A DNA stretch of 64,000 bases from Pseudovirgaria hyperparasitica. Its lineage: Eukaryota. Under the pieces are notes generated by a model. It saw only the letters and a list, made by a program, of their open reading frames with translations. It did not search any database and was not told the DNA's origin. The position numbers were made by a program, and so were the translations under genes. Below, piece by piece: positions 59,219 through 64,000 of the stretch (positions within the stretch are counted from its first letter, which is position 1; each line of letters begins with the position of its first letter). The stretch lies in assembly GCA_010093815.1 (NCBI GenBank), contig ML996566.1; one strand, 5' to 3'.

Positions 59219-60676
59219 ATGGCAACTGTTCTCAACGTGACGATTCACGGCGATCCCTGTCGCATCTACCACCCGGCCGACAAAATCACAGGGACCGTCT
59301 ATCTTACAACATCCTCTCAGGAAGAATTCAAGCAACTAAAGCTCAATTTCCGAGGACAATGCAAAACGACGACGACAAGACCATACTATGTCTCCGGCAA
59401 CGAGCACTCACTGGCGTCCCGTAAGATGCTGAAGGAGACTGTCACACTTTTTGATCAAGAAAAAGTTCTTTTCCAGGGGCCCTACAAGATGTCTCCCACT
59501 CAACACGAATGGCATTTCGAGTACACGTTCCCGTCGAAAAGCGAAACAACGTACCAAAAGGCGGTCAAATCGGCATATTATAACAAGCACCCGCACGACC
59601 TACCACCATCCTTCCGCTGCTTGACTGAGTCTTACAGGGGAGAAGGATACGTTCATTATAGCATTGAGGCTACACTCGTCCGTGGGAGTTTCAAGTCTGA
59701 GGTCAGAAATCTTCGATACCTCCTATTCCGGCGAAGGAGTGAACGGCCGACCCCTGCGAAGTCGCACCCCAATGTTCTCGAAAGTCAGCAAATTCAAATG
59801 CACGAGGACTTCAGGCCGCGTGTGGACAAGTTTGGAAAAGCTATACATTACAGCACTCTGCCAGTTCCAACTTCAGTGAAATTTACCCCTACTTTCTATG
59901 CGCCAAAAGCAGTAGCACCCAAACAGGTCATCGACCTAGGCCTATCGATCAAGCAGATCCAAGATCAGGTCAACTGTAATGACACCGAGATCTTCACCGT
60001 CGACCGTCTGAGAGTAGAGCTCTTGACGACAACAAGAGTAGCATGCAGAGGCGTACTCTCACAGACCCAAGACGTCGTCACAAGATCAGTCACATGCGTC
60101 GACAGAAAGCTCCCCGGCATCTCCATCCCCATCGACGACACGCCCATCGCCCTGACGCGCGGCTTCCGCCTCACAGACAACAACGAAGCCTCACCCTCAT
60201 TCAAATCCTACTCCATCAGCCGCATCTACCAAATCAACATCAACATCTGGCTGCGCTGGCGCGACCAGACATTCCGCCTCAGCACCAGCATCGAACTCGA
60301 CATCCTCCCCCGCTACGACCCGCCTCCTCCCCGCCGACAGCGACGCAGCGTGGACGCCGAGCTCGTCGATCCGCTCCCGCTCTACACGAGGACGGAGCAT
60401 GCGCCCGCGTACGAGGAGGTTGCGCCGGCGCTCGCGAGAGATGTCAGAGAGCAGCGCCTCTTGTTTGAGCGCACGTTCAGCGAGTCGCAGCGGGACGCTT
60501 TGCTTGGGGCTACCTCGTCGTCGTCGTCGTCGTCGTCGTCGGGCGACGATTCCAGTGCTGCGGATGAGTCGAGCGATGACTTGTACACGTCCGACGAAGG
60601 GTCTGCCACACCCCCTACGCCGTTTCTATCGCGCGTCAGCTCTGCAGTCATTGCTTCGAGGTCGAGCACAGGCTAA
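59219..60676 (+). CDS. Alpha-arrestin-like adaptor
   Basis: Y.PADKITGTV; F.G.CKT; HEWHFEYTFP; LPPSF..G.V.YSIEA; PSFKSYSISR.Y; PY-like motifs LPRY and LPLY. Confidence 0.8.
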   Translation: MATVLNVTIHGDPCRIYHPADKITGTVYLTTSSQEEFKQLKLNFRGQCKTTTTRPYYVSGNEHSLASRKMLKETVTLFDQEKVLFQGPYKMSPTQHEWHFEYTFPSKSETTYQKAVKSAYYNKHPHDLPPSFRCLTESYRGEGYVHYSIEATLVRGSFKSEVRNLRYLLFRRRSERPTPAKSHPNVLESQQIQMHEDFRPRVDKFGKAIHYSTLPVPTSVKFTPTFYAPKAVAPKQVIDLGLSIKQIQDQVNCNDTEIFTVDRLRVELLTTTRVACRGVLSQTQDVVTRSVTCVDRKLPGISIPIDDTPIALTRGFRLTDNNEASPSFKSYSISRIYQININIWLRWRDQTFRLSTSIELDILPRYDPPPPRRQRRSVDAELVDPLPLYTRTEHAPAYEEVAPALARDVREQRLLFERTFSESQRDALLGATSSSSSSSSSGDDSSAADESSDDLYTSDEGSATPPTPFLSRVSSAVIASRSSTG

Positions 60677-61610
60677 GTCGACGAGCCCCGATTAGTTTAG
60701 GGTTTTCGCCTCGAGAAAAGTCAAAATGCATGCTCGCTCAAGCTGGGCGCGCTCCAAGAGGAAGCTTCATCCTGGGCAGCACAAGTCGACGTGGAACATT
60801 CAACATGAACGCAGTCCTGCATTATCAAATAACCGCGTCATTCCCACTCTCCGTCGTCAGCAGCCAGAGTCGTATCAAAGGGGCATCCCATCAATCCACC
60901 TCACCAGCACCGGCAGTCCCCTCTCTACCGACGAACGATCGACCATCGTCCATCGTCCATCGTCCAACCACCAAATATGTCCCTAACTCCCTGCCGCCGA
61001 TCCTCATCTCAAGCGATCGATTTGCTGCAGCACAGACACCCGCCGAACGCCAGTTCCAGCAAATCAGAGGCACCGTCACCCCCACACCAAAACCAGACCA
61101 GACAAGACGCTAAATTAATAAAATCACCCTCACCAGTTATTAACATACTGTAGCAATCATCATCATCATCATGAAACAATAACACATGTTTCAAGGAGGC
61201 AGCAGGGCACACACACAAATAAATTATCGATATGAAATCTTCCCAATCTCCCAATCTATGCGAGATACCCGGAATTCGACCCTTGATCCCTTTTATCGAA
61301 AAATTGATGGCGGGAAAAACGGGGCTTTCGCGACACAAAACCCCGGATTTGCGTCTCTTCTGGCTCTGGTGAATGGATGCATTAGATGCACTAAATGCGG
61401 CACTAGAAATATGTGCACAACGATGACAACAAAGTTCTCTGCACAGCACGACATTGAACAAAAAGGGGAACGACGACGACGACGACGATGATGATGAGAC
61501 TCGGTACTTGCAATGGTGTTATTCTCCCCGAGACAGGGGGGATCGACGATGTACATACTGTACAGCATGTATATGAATGACGAGGCGCGGGAGATCACCT
61601 GCGTGTTTGC

Positions 61611-61680
61611 ATGGCGCTGCATGGCGCTGCATGGCGCTGCATGGCGCTGCATGGCGCTGCATGGCATGGCATGGCGTAGC
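61611..61680. repeat. Decamer minisatellite (atggcgctgc)x5 with degenerate tail
   Basis: Five exact copies at 61611-61660. Confidence 0.9.
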
Positions 61681-61874
61681 ATGGGCGCATGACGACGTTG
61701 TGCCACGTCTGGCCTTGTAAGGCAGGGATACGTGGACTATCCGGGGACTAATTAGCCATGAATAATGGCCTGCTGAGGCCGATGCGATGTGTCTGTCTAT
61801 CAGTCTATCTGCCAGTCAGTCAGTCAATCACATCCAAGTCGCAACATCCCAAGCTTTTCGAAGCTGTAGATTAG

Positions 61875-61881
<7 letters not shown>

Positions 61882-61906
<25 letters not shown>

Positions 61907-61921
61907 NNNNNNNNNNNNNNN

Positions 61922-62016
<95 letters not shown>
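61882..62016. repeat. Long (CA)n microsatellite containing a 15-N gap
   Basis: Direct reading of the sequence. Confidence 0.97.
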
Positions 62017-62020
<4 letters not shown>

Positions 62021-62757
62021 AAACACGCGAAACAAACACAGTCATCACAGCGCCATAACTCTAGAAATACATCCATCAATGCAGTGATATAAAGTCCACA
62101 TAGACAAAAAATCTAATATTCCTATATTCTCTCTTCTCTCTCCGTCTCCTCCCCTCAGAAAATAAAAAAAAAATCCCATCTGTTCCCTATGTCGCAGCTC
62201 CGGAGAGAAGCGTATGTTTGCGAAAAATGCCCATATCCCCATATCCCGAATGCACCAACCAGAGTAGTCGATGCCATGATGCCATAATCCCGCTCATCGA
62301 TACGGAAATGCCAAATCTCCAGAAAGGAGTAAGAAGAAGAAGAAAGGAAAAAAAAAGATCCCACCATCTCCAGAGAGAAAATAAAGGTGATGAAGAAGAG
62401 GAGAAAATCCAGTAAACGCCAGTCCAAACCAGGCCCCGAATTCGTATCGTTGCATGCGGGCGCATGTGTGCGTGCGTGCGTGCGTGGGAATAATTTTGAG
62501 AAAAAAAAAAAACAAGGTATAAATTGTAGGAATTAAAGTGTGTTGTTGTTGTTGTTGAAAGAAAAACCCCGGCGGTGTAGAGTGTCGTCGCGTGTTGCGT
62601 GATTGTTCGGCGGGCGTATGTGTATGTGTGTGTGTATGTCTGTGTCTGTGTATGCGTGCGTGTATGCGTGTCTGCGTGTATGCGTATACGCAACCCCCCA
62701 ATCCCAACCCCATAACCAAGACCCAAACCAGCCCCAAAAACTCACGCACACACCCCC

Positions 62758-63123
62758 TCAAACCGCCCCATCCAAAACCTCAAAAATACCCACACGCCCC
62801 CTCGGCCTGGGCTCCAGCAAGCCCAAGCCCTCGCCGAACCGCCGCTGCTCGTCCTCCATCTCGCGGTCTAGCGGGGACGGGCTGTGGCGGCGGCTGCGCA
62901 GCAGGGCGTGGATGGAGGATGTGCTGCTGGTTGAGGTTGTGGTGGAGGTGGAGCAGATGGAGCTGGAGGGGGATATGCTGCGCATGTGGCGGGTGGGTGA
63001 TGTTGTGGTGGTGGTGTCTGCTGGGTTGGATGGCGAGGGTGAGGGTGAGGGTGAGGGTGAGGGGGAGGAGGCGGTGCGGAGGCGGATTAGGGGGGTGAAG
63101 GGGTGGGTGCGAGGGGCGGGCAT
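62758..63123 (-). CDS. Small Ser/Pro-rich fungal protein of unknown function
   Basis: ATG in good context (caaaccATG), 121 aa. The ordered C-terminal motif SPSPLDREMEDEQRRFGEGLGLLEPRP..GIFEVL looks conserved; (SP)n is encoded by a hexamer repeat. Confidence 0.6.
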   Translation of the reverse strand: MPAPRTHPFTPLIRLRTASSPSPSPSPSPSPSNPADTTTTTSPTRHMRSISPSSSICSTSTTTSTSSTSSIHALLRSRRHSPSPLDREMEDEQRRFGEGLGLLEPRPRGRVGIFEVLDGAV

Positions 63124-64000
63124 GGTTTGTTTGTTTGTTGATGGGTGGTGGTGAGGTTGAAGCGAGTGGTGGTGTGAGTAAAGTAGAGAGCGGCTGATGG
63201 AGAGATCCGATCGTAGTGAAAGAGTGTGTGTATGGACGAATATGTCGAACGAGCGTGTGGAGGAGAGAGAAGGCAGTCGTCGTTCGAACCCAAAAAACAC
63301 AGTCGAGAGGCGGAGACGGGTCGGTATATGTGCTTCGTTGACGATAAGTGACGATTGAAGAAGATGAAGGTGTCGTGTCAGGGGGGGGGGGGGGGGTTCG
63401 CGGACGCAGCAGTGCGAGCGAAAAGGAAGACGCAGAGACCTTTCGATAGCACGGTATAGAATACTCCGAATGCAAGACCTATCCTCAAAGAAGAATGGGC
63501 AAACTGGTCAGGAGTTCCGGACTGGCGGGTTCGACGAAGCCACGCGTGATGTATGCAGGCAAAGTCCGGTGCAGGAGAGCAAGCGAGAGCGAGAGAGCGA
63601 GAGAGAGCGGGATAGTGTAGTGAGGGAGAGCCAGTGGGGCGTCAGGCAGCAGATGATATAAGTCCAGAAGCAGATCCTTGCGCAGGAGGCGTAAACCAGT
63701 TCGTTTAAAAAAAAGAATGACGATGGCGCAGAGATATAAATATATCTCTTTTTCCGGTGGTATGAGTTGGTATAGCGTAGTCGAGGGAAGGGTATAGTTC
63801 GATATTAGGTCGGCTGGGATCTGCGTGCAGTCGAAGCGCAAAACGCAGACTCCAGACTAAGCCCGAGTCCTGGTGAATATTTCGCGGAATTACTTTCCTA
63901 CTATCAAACGATAATAATAATAACCTCCTGGGCAAAGCAGAATTTAGACCGGGCAATAAAAGCGATGAGTCGGGCTGGGGCCGATAATACACCCACACAC

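Overview
Gene-dense euchromatic window from a filamentous ascomycete (Pezizomycotina, plausibly a Dothideomycete; inferred from gene content and short GT-AG introns with CTAAC/CTGAC branch sites). It holds about 26 mostly conserved housekeeping protein genes: Het-C family, DPP III, DUF4291, cyclin C, SAL1 carrier, LYC1-like GNAT, RBR E3 ligase, REV7, importin-9, SSD1, RDS1-like, BVMO, Zn2Cys6 TF, CK2 beta, U1-type Zn finger, GPI cell-wall protein, VPS25, Rtt107/Brc1, PTS1 hydrolase, amino-acid permease, SUZ protein, DPB4, arrestin and small conserved ORFs. It also holds an intron-containing U3 snoRNA gene, microsatellites and two N gaps. No transposon or secondary-metabolite cluster is evident. 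The most interesting signals: (1) a GPI-anchored protein with an uninterrupted collagen-type (Gly-X-Pro)n domain plus acidic CxxxC repeats; (2) two long, in-frame, stop-free introns with weak splice signals (exitron candidates) in SAL1 and importin-9; (3) recurrent sharp CA-rich to GT-rich strand-skew switches centred inside genes of either orientation; (4) a GC-AG intron, a two-start DPP III, and a structured uORF-bearing leader upstream of REV7. All family calls come from motif recognition by eye, not database searches, and no wholly new multi-gene system can be demonstrated from sequence alone.
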